A stretch of DNA of 57,734 nucleotides from Candidatus Nanoarchaeia archaeon (GTDB lineage Archaea > Nanobdellota > Nanobdellia > Pacearchaeales > GW2011-AR1), in the NCBI GenBank assembly GCA_035283785.1, contig DATETG010000015.1:1-57734 (forward strand). Reading direction: 5' to 3'. Each line of letters opens with the position of its first letter. Positions within the stretch are counted from its first letter, which is position 1. Under the pieces are notes generated by a model. The model was not told where the DNA came from and made no database searches. It worked only from the letters and a program-made list of their open reading frames with translations. A program made the translations under genes and the position numbers. This document shows, one piece after another, positions 1 to 8,674 of the stretch.

Positions 1-201
1 CTTGTCGTAGCTTAGGAGCCTTATCGTTCTTAATGTCGCAAATGAAAGCAGAAAAATATCAAGCAAGCTTACAGTGGAGAAGAGGATTACATTATCTTTT
101 ATAAAAAAATAGTACATCAATACAAAGACCAGGACAAAGAAAATTATTGAGATGAAATTCCACACATCCTGCTCTTTTCCGTGAATCTTGCCTTCATTCA
201 T
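1..201 (-). CDS. Partial CDS (C-terminus outside window): small membrane protein, DUF1360-like
   Basis: Not in the ORF track because it runs off the window. ATG at 199-201 (minus) reads MNEGKIHGKEQDVWNFISIIFFVLVFVLMYYFFIKDNVILFSTVSLLDIFLLSFATLRTIRLLSYDK with no stop to position 1. TM helix plus an LRtiRLLsyD-type motif is reminiscent of DUF1360. Confidence 0.35.
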   Translation of the reverse strand, partial: MNEGKIHGKEQDVWNFISIIFFVLVFVLMYYFFIKDNVILFSTVSLLDIFLLSFATLRTIRLLSYDK

Positions 202-295
202 TCTTAATATTAGGATTTTGTCTTTTTATTTTTATTGTTTGAAATATGCTTTCCTTCTTGATAATGTTTAAAAATTCTGAATTTTGTCATAATTG

Positions 296-730
296 ATGAA
301 AAATATTGCCTCAACACTTCTTGGATTAGGATTTTTCTTCAATGCAGGAATTTTGAATGCGCAGGATATTCCCTCCAGGATACAGGATTTAAACAGATAT
401 GAGGTTGTTCATAACAAAATTTATGACGAAAAAACCAATTCTGGTTTTTTGATTTATCAAAAAGTGACTCCTCTAGGAACACACAGAGAGATAACAAAGT
501 TTATCAAATGTGGCAGAGAAGAAGTCCCCATATTTATTTACAATGAAGAAACAGGAAGGCTTGTTGCAGATTACAAGGCACATGACAAAGATGGGAATTT
601 TTCCTTTTATGAACCTGATGGCAAGATAGATTTTGACAAAGTTCTGAATGACAAAGAAATAAGAATGATAGGCAAACACGGAATTAATTCTCTTAATTTT
701 CCGAAGACCGAATGCCCGAAATATGTTTAG
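296..730 (+). CDS. Exported hypothetical protein (signal peptide)
   Basis: ORF 293..730 starts at TTG; first ATG is at 296. N-terminus MKNIASTLLGLGFFFNAGILNAQ looks like a signal peptide. No recognisable family. Confidence 0.5.
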   Translation: MKNIASTLLGLGFFFNAGILNAQDIPSRIQDLNRYEVVHNKIYDEKTNSGFLIYQKVTPLGTHREITKFIKCGREEVPIFIYNEETGRLVADYKAHDKDGNFSFYEPDGKIDFDKVLNDKEIRMIGKHGINSLNFPKTECPKYV

Positions 731-768
731 TACACAAGAATTTTAAATCTTTATAATCTAGTTATTCA

Positions 769-1278
769 ATGAACGATACTGAAGAGAACGTAGAAGATTT
801 AAAGAAGATTGAAGCGATTTTTTTCATCTCCGGGAGATTTCTTTCTATGCCGGAGTTAATTTCCCTGTCCGGGATAAATCCAATAATGATTAAGGAACTT
901 TTGATCGAGCTGAAGAATCTTTATGAAAAGAGGAATTCTGCGATTTGCATTGTGGAAAAAAACGGCCTTTGGAAAATGGATGTGAAAAAAGAATATTCAA
1001 ATATCATAAACAAATTTGCTTCAGGACAAAGCGAATTTTCAAAATCAGAGCAGCAGACTTTGGCCATAATTGCCTACAAACAGCCGATAAAGCAGTCTGT
1101 CATCATAAAAATAAGAAGCAACAAGGCTTACGACGAAATAAAAAAATTTCTTGAACTTGGATTGATAAGAAAAAAACGTGCCGGGAGAACTTATGAGCTT
1201 AGTTTGAGCGACGATTTTTACAATTATTTCAACATTGCTGATAAAAAAGATGCGAAAGATATTTTTGGAGGAATCTAA
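769..1278 (+). CDS. scpB: Segregation and condensation protein B (ScpB-like, tandem winged helix)
   Basis: EAIFFISGRFLSMPELISL...SKSEQQTLAIIAYKQPIKQSVIIKIRSNKAYDEIKKFLELGLI matches the two-wHTH ScpB pattern. TATA-like TTTATAAT lies about 25 nt upstream. Confidence 0.7.
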   Translation: MNDTEENVEDLKKIEAIFFISGRFLSMPELISLSGINPIMIKELLIELKNLYEKRNSAICIVEKNGLWKMDVKKEYSNIINKFASGQSEFSKSEQQTLAIIAYKQPIKQSVIIKIRSNKAYDEIKKFLELGLIRKKRAGRTYELSLSDDFYNYFNIADKKDAKDIFGGI

Positions 1279-1280
1279 AA

Positions 1281-2510
1281 ATGCCAGAAGTTCTCACAAT
1301 TGTATATTTGGTTTACATTTTTATCTCTCTTTATTTTCTTTTTCTTTTTGCCCTGACTTTTGTCCAGAATAGAAAAGAGATGTTCTCTTACAAAAAATCA
1401 AAAAAGAATTATTCCATTTCAGTCATAATTCCGGCTCACAACGAGGAAGATACCATAAGAAACACCATTGAGCAAGTCCTGAAGTCTGATTATAAAAATA
1501 TTTTGGAAGTGATTGTTGCAACAAACGCCTGTACAGATAGAACTGTAAAAATTGCAAGAGAGTTGTCTAAAAATTATAAGAAACTTAAGGTTTTAAATTT
1601 GAAAATTCCCGGAAAGGCGAACGCGCTTAATGAGGCACTGAAGATTGCACGTGGCGAGTTATTTGCAGTTGTCGACGCTGATTCTTATCCCGACACTAAT
1701 GCCTTGAACTCTATGGTTGGGTTCTTTGATGACACCGCCGTGGGGGGTGTAACGACCAGAATTTTGGTGAAGCACAGAGACAACTTCTTGAGAAAAATGC
1801 AGGCCATTGAGTACAAAGTGATTGCATTTACAAGAAAATTGCTTGACTTTTTGGATTCGATTTACGTTACTCCCGGACCTCTTGCATTGTACAGAAAAAG
1901 TGCTTTGCAGAAGATAGGGGGATTTGACTTAAAAAATATGACAGAGGACATTGAAGCAACATGGCATTTGATTCATGAAGGTTACAAAGTAAGGATGTCT
2001 TTTATTTCTAAATCGACAACTGTTGCACCAAGCAAACTTAGTGTGTGGTTTAAGCAGCGTGTCAGATGGAACATCGGGGGTTTTCAGACGATAATAAAAT
2101 ACAAACACTGCTGGTTCAGAAAAGGCATGCTCGGATATTTCATTCTGCCTCTTTTTTCAATAATGCTTGTACTGAGCGTTTTCGGGCTTGGGATTTTTGG
2201 GTACATAATTTTCAGAAGAATATTTTACACTTATCTGGCGACACATTACTCTTTTATCGCAGAGACGACATTTTTTGCATTTCAGGACATAAATCTCAAT
2301 CCCAACATACTAAACTTCTTGGGTTTGGTCTCATTCATTTTGGGGCTGATGTTCATTTACTTCGCTTTGGTTTTTGTCAACAAAAACCTTAATGAAAAGG
2401 AAAACTTTTTTAGTGTGATTTTCTATTCATTGGTGTACATTTTGCTCAGGCCGATTGTGCTTATAGCTTCAATGTACAAATTTATAAGGGGGAAATACTC
2501 TTGGCGTTAA
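1281..2510 (+). CDS. Processive family-2 glycosyltransferase (NodC/IcaA/PgaC/chitin-synthase-like) with C-terminal TM domain
   Basis: N-terminal TM, then GT-A core with VIIPAHNEE, VDADS (DxD), TEDIE and the processive-GT2 motif QRVRW (QxxRW), followed by several TM helices. Confidence 0.8.
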   Translation: MPEVLTIVYLVYIFISLYFLFLFALTFVQNRKEMFSYKKSKKNYSISVIIPAHNEEDTIRNTIEQVLKSDYKNILEVIVATNACTDRTVKIARELSKNYKKLKVLNLKIPGKANALNEALKIARGELFAVVDADSYPDTNALNSMVGFFDDTAVGGVTTRILVKHRDNFLRKMQAIEYKVIAFTRKLLDFLDSIYVTPGPLALYRKSALQKIGGFDLKNMTEDIEATWHLIHEGYKVRMSFISKSTTVAPSKLSVWFKQRVRWNIGGFQTIIKYKHCWFRKGMLGYFILPLFSIMLVLSVFGLGIFGYIIFRRIFYTYLATHYSFIAETTFFAFQDINLNPNILNFLGLVSFILGLMFIYFALVFVNKNLNEKENFFSVIFYSLVYILLRPIVLIASMYKFIRGKYSWR

Positions 2511-2511
2511 T

Positions 2512-3156
2512 ATGACAAAGCATGTTTTTTGGCAGGCATTTTTTCTTACATTACTGTTTTTTTTGATGGGTCTCGTATTGGGAATTTATCTTGAGCAGAC
2601 AAGAAGTGATGATAGCAATTTTGCCTTTTACCAGTCGGAAACGTCGCTGTATGACTCATTTGTCCTTGGCAGTTTGATTGAAAGCCCGATTGTCTCCTGC
2701 GACAAGATAAAAAAAGAGTATGTCAATTTCGCAGACAAGATTTATTACGAAGCCCGAGAACTTGAGGAAGATGATACCTCAAACAAGATTACTGACTCTG
2801 CCAAGGCGATTCACAAGAAATACGATCTGCTAAGGACATTCCTTTGGGCAGACTTGATAAAATTCAAGAATATATGCGGGAACGTGAACACCGTTGTTTA
2901 CTTGTATGAATATGATTCGGAGAAAATAGAAGTAAAATCAAAACAGGTTGTCTGGAGTAGGATTCTCGAAGAGTTGAAAAATTCCAAGGGTGAGGGGGTG
3001 ATTCTTATTCCGATAGCGGCAGATCAGGAGATTTCCTCACTTGATTATTTGATTAACATCTTTGAGATTCGGGAATTTCCGGCAGTCATCATAAACGAAG
3101 AGAATGTTTTTTACGAGCATAAAACCTCCGAAGAGTTGGAGAAATATTTGAAGTAA
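2512..3156 (+). CDS. Membrane-anchored hypothetical protein, coupled to the GT2 gene
   Basis: ATG lies 1 nt after the GT2 stop. One N-terminal TM helix (FWQAFFLTLLFFLMGLVLGIYL) then a soluble domain; no family recognised. Confidence 0.55.
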   Translation: MTKHVFWQAFFLTLLFFLMGLVLGIYLEQTRSDDSNFAFYQSETSLYDSFVLGSLIESPIVSCDKIKKEYVNFADKIYYEARELEEDDTSNKITDSAKAIHKKYDLLRTFLWADLIKFKNICGNVNTVVYLYEYDSEKIEVKSKQVVWSRILEELKNSKGEGVILIPIAADQEISSLDYLINIFEIREFPAVIINEENVFYEHKTSEELEKYLK

Positions 3157-3380
3157 TTTATTTTAGAATTTCTTCCAAACCAGGAATTACCAATTATTAT
3201 TATGCTAAGATTGCTGAGCAGAAAACTGCGCGTTTTAGTGGCGAGATGAATGCAATCTTGGTTACGAGGATTTGCTTGGGTTTTGCAAATCCTTGTTCAG
3301 GAAAATCGTCAGCAATATTAAATTTTATTGTGATTTTACAGTACACAAATATTAAAAAACAGGTCTTTTCTTGATTTGCA

Positions 3381-3995
3381 ATGAGTGTTTGTTTTGTCTG
3401 CGGAGTTGATGATTCGGACGAGGTCTTGTTTGATTTGATAACTTCTGAAGGAATAGTGAAAATTTGCAAGAATTGCTCCAAAAATGAAAATTCCTTTTCT
3501 GTAAAGCCATTTCAGGAAGATAAATTCAAAAGAAGGCCAACTGTTTATGAGCGTCTCTCTCGACTTTCAGGATACAAGAAGCGCGAGGAAAATCCCGAGA
3601 TTGAGAAACAGAACGTTTCCTTGAGAAAAATGGCGGACGAAAATGTCGGCAAGAACTTTGGAAAATTCCGGAACGATGAAGATTCAAAAAAGAATCTTAT
3701 TGACAATTTTCACTGGATTGTCATGCGGGCACGCCGAATGAAACATCTGACACAAAAGCAATTGGCAGATGAGATACATGTTCCAGAGAATATCATAAGA
3801 ATGATGGAGAACGGGTATGTTCCCGATAGGGATTACGTAATTGACAGAATTGAAAAACGCTTAGGAATAAATTTGAAAAAAACAGATATGAAAAAACAGC
3901 TCTCGGAAGAGTTTGATTTTCTTGATACGGAAAACCTCACCATAGCCGACTTGCAGGAGCTCAAGAAGAAAAGAGAAGAAAGAAGATTCGGTTGA
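3381..3995 (+). CDS. mbf1: MBF1-like transcription cofactor (N-terminal zinc ribbon + C-terminal XRE-type HTH)
   Basis: CxxC...CxxC (CFVCGVDD...CKNCSK) followed by HLTQKQLADEIHVPENIIRMMENG, an HTH_3/XRE signature. This is the archaeal MBF1 architecture, but with a longer linker than usual. Confidence 0.55.
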   Translation: MSVCFVCGVDDSDEVLFDLITSEGIVKICKNCSKNENSFSVKPFQEDKFKRRPTVYERLSRLSGYKKREENPEIEKQNVSLRKMADENVGKNFGKFRNDEDSKKNLIDNFHWIVMRARRMKHLTQKQLADEIHVPENIIRMMENGYVPDRDYVIDRIEKRLGINLKKTDMKKQLSEEFDFLDTENLTIADLQELKKKREERRFG

Positions 3996-4004
3996 ATATG
4001 AAAA

Positions 4005-4592
4005 TTAAGAATTGTTAGAAGAGTTTAAACCGTATTCTGAGGCTTTTTTACTGATATATCCTTCTGAATAGTATTTTATAGATGAAGGAAAGTTTATTTT
4101 ATAATCTTTTGCCGTTTTTCTCATTCCTATAAATACTTTGTTGAATCTCTCATAGTTATCTTTCATGTATGATTTAATAAAATTTTCTACCTCTTCAGCA
4201 GAGATTTTATCTTTAATTCCTTCAATATTGTATTTTGTTTCTTGTGCACGTTTGTAAAGGTCTTGAGCTAAGGTAATCACATCTGAGTTTAAGTTGAGCA
4301 TCTCGTGCCTCCAGTATACTTTATTTTTCAGCATGATAGTATTACGAGGGATTGAATTGTTATTTTCCTTTCTATGGCTTAAATAGGTTTCACAGCGACT
4401 TATGAAATATTGTAACTCATATAGAACATCTAGTAAACTATAGTACTGCTTTTTTCTTTCACGTTTGTTCCTTAAACGTTCATTAAATAAGATAGAGGAT
4501 ACTGCAATAATTGCACCAACCACCCCCCCGATTATTGCACCAACTAATTGTTGCCAGTTAAAAATAAACTCGACAATCCAGTATGAAGACAT
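4005..4592 (-). CDS. Hypothetical protein with N-terminal TM anchor and helical cytoplasmic domain
   Basis: ORF track; TM segment LVGAIIGGVVGAIIAVSSILF followed by a charged helical region; no family recognised. Confidence 0.5.
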   Translation of the reverse strand: MSSYWIVEFIFNWQQLVGAIIGGVVGAIIAVSSILFNERLRNKRERKKQYYSLLDVLYELQYFISRCETYLSHRKENNNSIPRNTIMLKNKVYWRHEMLNLNSDVITLAQDLYKRAQETKYNIEGIKDKISAEEVENFIKSYMKDNYERFNKVFIGMRKTAKDYKINFPSSIKYYSEGYISKKASEYGLNSSNNS

Positions 4593-4717
4593 AAGAAGGA
4601 TGTAATTTTTATACTTATATTGTTTATTACATTAAAGTGAAATTTTACAAACCCTTCTTCAACCAAAACTTTACAACAAAAATCGTTGTTTTTTCAAACA
4701 AATTTTCCATAGGAAAA

Positions 4718-4725
4718 TTTATAAA
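4718..4725 (+). promoter_or_regulatory. TATA box (TTTATAAA) for rpoL, leaderless-type spacing
   Basis: TTTATAAA ends 22 nt upstream of the ATG at 4747. The same geometry recurs before many genes in the window. Confidence 0.45.
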
Positions 4726-4746
4726 CGAAAATATAATTTTCCTTTA

Positions 4747-5010
4747 ATGGAGTTGAAATTTTTGAAGGATTCAAAAGATGACATTGAAGTTCAGGTGCCA
4801 AGCTTGACGCTTGTGGAAATTTTGAGGGTTTATTTGAACAAGGATTCCGGCGTTAGTTTTGCGGCGTGGAAAAGAAATCATCCGACGGAAAGTCCGATAC
4901 TCGCGGTAAAGACAAAAGGCAAGACGGCGCGCAAGGCGCTTAATGATGCCGTTCAAGGGATAACAAAGGACCTGGAAAAAATCGAAACCGAGTTTAAGAA
5001 GCTGAAGTGA
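4747..5010 (+). CDS. rpoL: DNA-directed RNA polymerase subunit L (Rpo11)
   Basis: 87 aa. Pattern ...DDIEVQVPSLTLVEILRVYLNKDSGVSFAAWKRNHPTESPILAVKTKGKTARKAL... matches RpoL/Rpb11 (exHTlgNlLr..L..d..V.fA.Y...HPl...p.l.ikT.g). Confidence 0.75.
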   Translation: MELKFLKDSKDDIEVQVPSLTLVEILRVYLNKDSGVSFAAWKRNHPTESPILAVKTKGKTARKALNDAVQGITKDLEKIETEFKKLK

Positions 5011-5071
5011 TTGAAGTAATTATATACTTAATAATAATCTTATTTTTAAAGGGTAGTAAGTCACCCATATC

Positions 5072-5380
5072 ATGGATGATTATTTAGCGTGTTATGAGGT
5101 TTCTTATACACATGTTAGAAATGATGGATATGATTTAACGCCTCCAAGAGAACAAGAAACGAGGTTCGTAATGTTTTGTTCTAAAGATGATTCTTCGGCA
5201 AAAATAGTGGCTGAGGGAGAATTAAAAGAAAAATTGCTAAATCAATATGATTCTAAGAGAGAAGTTAGAAACCCGGATGTTAAACTTAAACTTCTTCTTG
5301 AGGGAAGAGTTATTTTCCCAAATAAGAATGAAGAAAAATATTCAAGAACAGTTCATGAATTTGTATCGCGAATACAATAA
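5072..5380 (+). CDS. Hypothetical protein
   Basis: ORF track only; 102 aa, soluble, no motif recognised. Confidence 0.4.
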   Translation: MDDYLACYEVSYTHVRNDGYDLTPPREQETRFVMFCSKDDSSAKIVAEGELKEKLLNQYDSKREVRNPDVKLKLLLEGRVIFPNKNEEKYSRTVHEFVSRIQ

Positions 5381-5411
5381 TCCTTATTAATTCTGATGCA
5401 CTTTTTGGTTT

Positions 5412-6140
5412 ATGAAAAAAACAGAAAAGATTTCTACGGGAAGCCATGATTTGAGCACTTGGCTTTACGGTGGCTATGAAAAGGATGTTGTGACAATGCT
5501 TGCAGGACCTCCCGGAAGCGGCAAGACGAATTTTTGCATTCTAGTTGCGTGCAGCCAGGCCCGAAAGAACAAGAAAGTTGTTTTCATCGATACAGAAGGA
5601 GGGTTTTCAGTTGACAGAGTAAGACAAATTTCCGGAGAAAACACAGACGAGATTTTAAAGAACATCCTAATCTTTTCCCCCGTCAGTTTTGAGGAACAAA
5701 CAAAAGCATTTTCCCAGGTTTTAAACAGAATAAGAAAAGAGAACATCGGATTGATGATAATAGACGGCATGGCAACTCTTTACCGAATTGAACTGGGTGA
5801 AGCATCAAAGTCAGAAGAAAAGGTTCGCGAGGTCAACAATAGAATTGCGCAGCAGATGAGGATTCTCTCAGAGATATCTCGCAAAGAAGGCATTCCCGTA
5901 ATAATCACGAACCAAGTTTATAGCGAATTTCTTACCGATGAAGAATTCAGAAAAGGAATTAAAAAGGAAGTGAACTTCGTCGGTGGCGATTTAATGAAGT
6001 ACTGGAGCAAATGCATCATTGAGTTAAAAGTTGAAGGGAAAAAAAGAAGAGCGATTTTGCTTAAGCATCGCAGTTTGCCTCAGAAGGAAATGAGTTTTGA
6101 AATTCGCGATGCAGGAATATTCAAAAAGGGATGGATTTAG
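5412..6140 (+). CDS. radB: DNA repair and recombination protein RadB (RecA-core only paralog)
   Basis: Walker A GPPGSGKTNF and Walker B LMIIDGMATLYR. About 240 aa with no N-terminal HhH domain, typical of RadB rather than RadA. Confidence 0.8.
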   Translation: MKKTEKISTGSHDLSTWLYGGYEKDVVTMLAGPPGSGKTNFCILVACSQARKNKKVVFIDTEGGFSVDRVRQISGENTDEILKNILIFSPVSFEEQTKAFSQVLNRIRKENIGLMIIDGMATLYRIELGEASKSEEKVREVNNRIAQQMRILSEISRKEGIPVIITNQVYSEFLTDEEFRKGIKKEVNFVGGDLMKYWSKCIIELKVEGKKRRAILLKHRSLPQKEMSFEIRDAGIFKKGWI

Positions 6141-6188
6141 ACATTTTTAAACAATTAATTTTATATATTTTCTTATTTGGGAATTTTT

Positions 6189-6833
6189 ATGGATAGAAAA
6201 CTCTTGTCTTTGGAGGAAATCTCCCAAGATTATACAATTGTCTTAATTGATACTTCTGCTTTAATATCGCCAATAGTCCATGGAGATGGAAATTTGGAAA
6301 TGCAATCAATGCAAGTGGAATCTGCACGATTTTATACGAATTTCTTTATTCGCGGGAATTCTTTTTATGTTACACCCATGGTTTTATCTGAATATAAAAG
6401 AGATCCCAAGAATTTTTCCAGATTTAACAGGGAAGAATCTAAATTGTACACACAACTTAAAAATCATAAATTATTTAATGAAGTATTAAGTGCGGAAAAC
6501 AACTTCATCGATGAAAAGAAAAAATTTGTAAGAAGTTTAATAGATGGCGAAAGAGTAATCAAATTGGACGAGAGTACAAAAAGTGTTTATAAAAACTTTT
6601 TTGATTTATACAAACCCGTTGGAGAATTTTTTAATTTAAGCATGGCTGATTTTGATTTTTTTGTAACAGGAGCCACACTTTCACATATGGGAAATACGGT
6701 TGCCCTTATATCAAACGACATTCCTATTTTGCACACTTGGAACTGTTTCGTTAGAGAGAAGGAACTGAACAGAGAAAGATTTGGATTTTTTATAAGAGAA
6801 GATATTAACCGTTTTGATATGGCTAGGGTTTAA
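6189..6833 (+). CDS. PIN-domain-like putative nuclease
   Basis: Four acidic positions in PIN order: VLIDTSALI (D), TPMVLSEYK (E), MADFDFFVTGA (D), LISNDIPIL (D). First ATG at 6189 (ORF track starts at TTG 6177). Tentative. Confidence 0.45.
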   Translation: MDRKLLSLEEISQDYTIVLIDTSALISPIVHGDGNLEMQSMQVESARFYTNFFIRGNSFYVTPMVLSEYKRDPKNFSRFNREESKLYTQLKNHKLFNEVLSAENNFIDEKKKFVRSLIDGERVIKLDESTKSVYKNFFDLYKPVGEFFNLSMADFDFFVTGATLSHMGNTVALISNDIPILHTWNCFVREKELNRERFGFFIREDINRFDMARV

Positions 6834-6874
6834 TCATCATAAAAAAATATAAACCTATGTAGTTTTTGTTTTTG

Positions 6875-8077
6875 ATGCAGGACATAAAGTTTGAGGTTAT
6901 CAAGAAAATTACAGAGACAGGATTTAAGTTCAAAAACATATCAAATATCTCAAAAGTTGATAGTAATTCTCCTCCAAGCGTTTTTGTGGGAAGCGGATTA
7001 AAATATCCTGCTGTTAACGTGGGAATTTTAAGTCCTTTGGACAGGGATGAAAATGCATGGCTTTACGATGACATGAAATATTGGGCAGACAATAATTTTG
7101 CAATTCAGGATGTTGTTAAAATTCGGGAGAATCTTTTGAGTTCAAGATTTCGCTCCAAGGTTTACGATTCCCGCACAGGAAGCAAATTTGTGGAGATCGC
7201 AAGGGAAATTGCACTCGCATCAAAGCCGGTGGATGTTGAAATTGAATTAAAGAACAGGCTGAATTTTGAAAACAAGAAAGACAGAATTTTGACACCTCAC
7301 GGGATGTCTGCAGTGTTGAGCAAAGCAAAGGTGGTTTCAAATGTTCGTATTAATAGAAAAGTCGAGAAGGTTATCAACGACGATTTGAAAGCGAGCGAGT
7401 CCCTTTCTTATTTGTACAAGAACAAAATCAGTGAATATTCACTGAGTAAAATTTTGAGCATTGGCGTTTTAGGACTGAAAACAAAAAAGAAACTTGTTCC
7501 AACCAGGTGGGCCATAACTGCCACAGATGATTTTCTTGCAAAACAATTGATGGAAAATGTCAAAGAAAATAAAATTATAGAGAATCACCAATTGTTTTTT
7601 GGAGAGTTTATGGGAAACCAATATTTAATCATGCTTTTTCCGAATACTTTTAACTATGAACTTTTTGAATTGTATTTTCCTGGAAGTGCGTGGAATCCTT
7701 CAAATGAATTAAAGGCCTCGTCTGATTATGAGACATTTTTCGGCAGGAAAGATTATGCAAGGAGCACTTCGGGTGGATATTATGCAACACGATTCCCCAT
7801 AGTTGAGTATTTGAACAACATAAAAAGACAGGCGTCTGTTCTTGTAATCAGAATTGAAACTCCTGGCTATTGGGCATCGCTTGGAGTGTGGGTTGTTCGT
7901 GAATCTGTAAGAAAAGCCCTGGAGAGAAAAATGGAATTCTCGACGCAAGAAGAATTTTTAAAATCTGTTAGGATGATTTCAAAATTAAAATTTAATTTTG
8001 ACTGCGAGAAAATTCTGCAAAGGAGCAAAATACTCAACGAATTTTTGAAACAAAAAAGTTTGATGGGGTGGTTTTAA
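6875..8077 (+). CDS. nreA: NreA-like archaeal DNA repair protein with C-terminal PIP box
   Basis: About 400 aa. PPSVFVGSGLKYPAVNVGILSP and VPTRWAITATDD resemble the Nre N/C domain signatures. The last 8 residues, QKSLMGWF, fit the PCNA-interacting consensus Qxx[LIM]xx[FYW][FYW]. Confidence 0.6.
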   Translation: MQDIKFEVIKKITETGFKFKNISNISKVDSNSPPSVFVGSGLKYPAVNVGILSPLDRDENAWLYDDMKYWADNNFAIQDVVKIRENLLSSRFRSKVYDSRTGSKFVEIAREIALASKPVDVEIELKNRLNFENKKDRILTPHGMSAVLSKAKVVSNVRINRKVEKVINDDLKASESLSYLYKNKISEYSLSKILSIGVLGLKTKKKLVPTRWAITATDDFLAKQLMENVKENKIIENHQLFFGEFMGNQYLIMLFPNTFNYELFELYFPGSAWNPSNELKASSDYETFFGRKDYARSTSGGYYATRFPIVEYLNNIKRQASVLVIRIETPGYWASLGVWVVRESVRKALERKMEFSTQEEFLKSVRMISKLKFNFDCEKILQRSKILNEFLKQKSLMGWF

Positions 8078-8304
8078 CCCTGCTTTTTTGTAAAATAACC
8101 AAACCTTTGTTCTTCGGGAATCCATCCAAAATATTTATCTTCTTCGTTTGTATTTCTCGTTCTCTCTTCTCGTATGCATGCTTCTCTTGCCCTTGCCTCG
8201 GTATAATAACCCGCAGGCAGATGATCACGAGGAACAGGTACCATGGGATCACCTAGCGAGGCCCTAAGTTTTTGGTAAGCTATTATATCCTTTAATGTTA
8301 ACAT
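8074..8304 (-). CDS. Hypothetical small protein in a locally GC-richer patch
   Basis: 76-aa ORF convergent with nreA (4-nt overlap). Composition is visibly less AT-rich than the surroundings. Two other overlapping ORFs in the track are alternatives. Confidence 0.35.
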   Translation of the reverse strand: MLTLKDIIAYQKLRASLGDPMVPVPRDHLPAGYYTEARAREACIREERTRNTNEEDKYFGWIPEEQRFGYFTKKQG

Positions 8305-8418
8305 AAACCAAATAGATTTTTGTTCTATTTAAAATTAATTATATTCTACCTTCACAGAAAACAATAGGTTTATTAATGATATCTCCTTTTATTGTTTATC
8401 TAAAAAAAGGAGGTGAAA

Positions 8419-8646
8419 ATGAGTTATCATTGTGGTTGGGTAGGTGTTATTTTGTCCGCACTGATTTTGATATTTGTAATTTGGCCCACGCAAATTATTC
8501 CGCAAATGTATTCTTGGTGGGTTGTTGTGATTTCAGCGGCATTGTTATTACTACACGCGCTTACTTGCAAGAGATGCATGGGAATTTTGTCAAAGCGAAG
8601 CGGAGCAAGTAGCAGAAGTGTTAGGGGCAAAAGGAAAAGAAGATAA
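8419..8646 (+). CDS. Small two-TM Cys-containing membrane protein with basic tail
   Basis: Strong Shine-Dalgarno GGAGGTG (8409-8415) 3 nt before the ATG at 8419. Two hydrophobic helices, CKRC motif, and a K/R-rich C-terminus (RSVRGKRKRR). Confidence 0.45.
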   Translation: MSYHCGWVGVILSALILIFVIWPTQIIPQMYSWWVVVISAALLLLHALTCKRCMGILSKRSGASSRSVRGKRKRR

Positions 8647-8674
8647 TTTTTTATTTTGTTTTGATTTTTATTTT

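Noticed and set aside
3200-3481. 93-aa minus-strand ORF overlapping the mbf1 start
   Set aside because: Its only Met lies inside mbf1, and it has no TATA box at appropriate spacing and no motif. The gap is better described as non-coding with a hairpin.
4005-4592. Possible HEPN-like Rx6H motif (RCETYLSH) in the membrane-anchored orphan
   Set aside because: A single short motif match without the surrounding helical signature is too weak to call a HEPN nuclease or a defence function.
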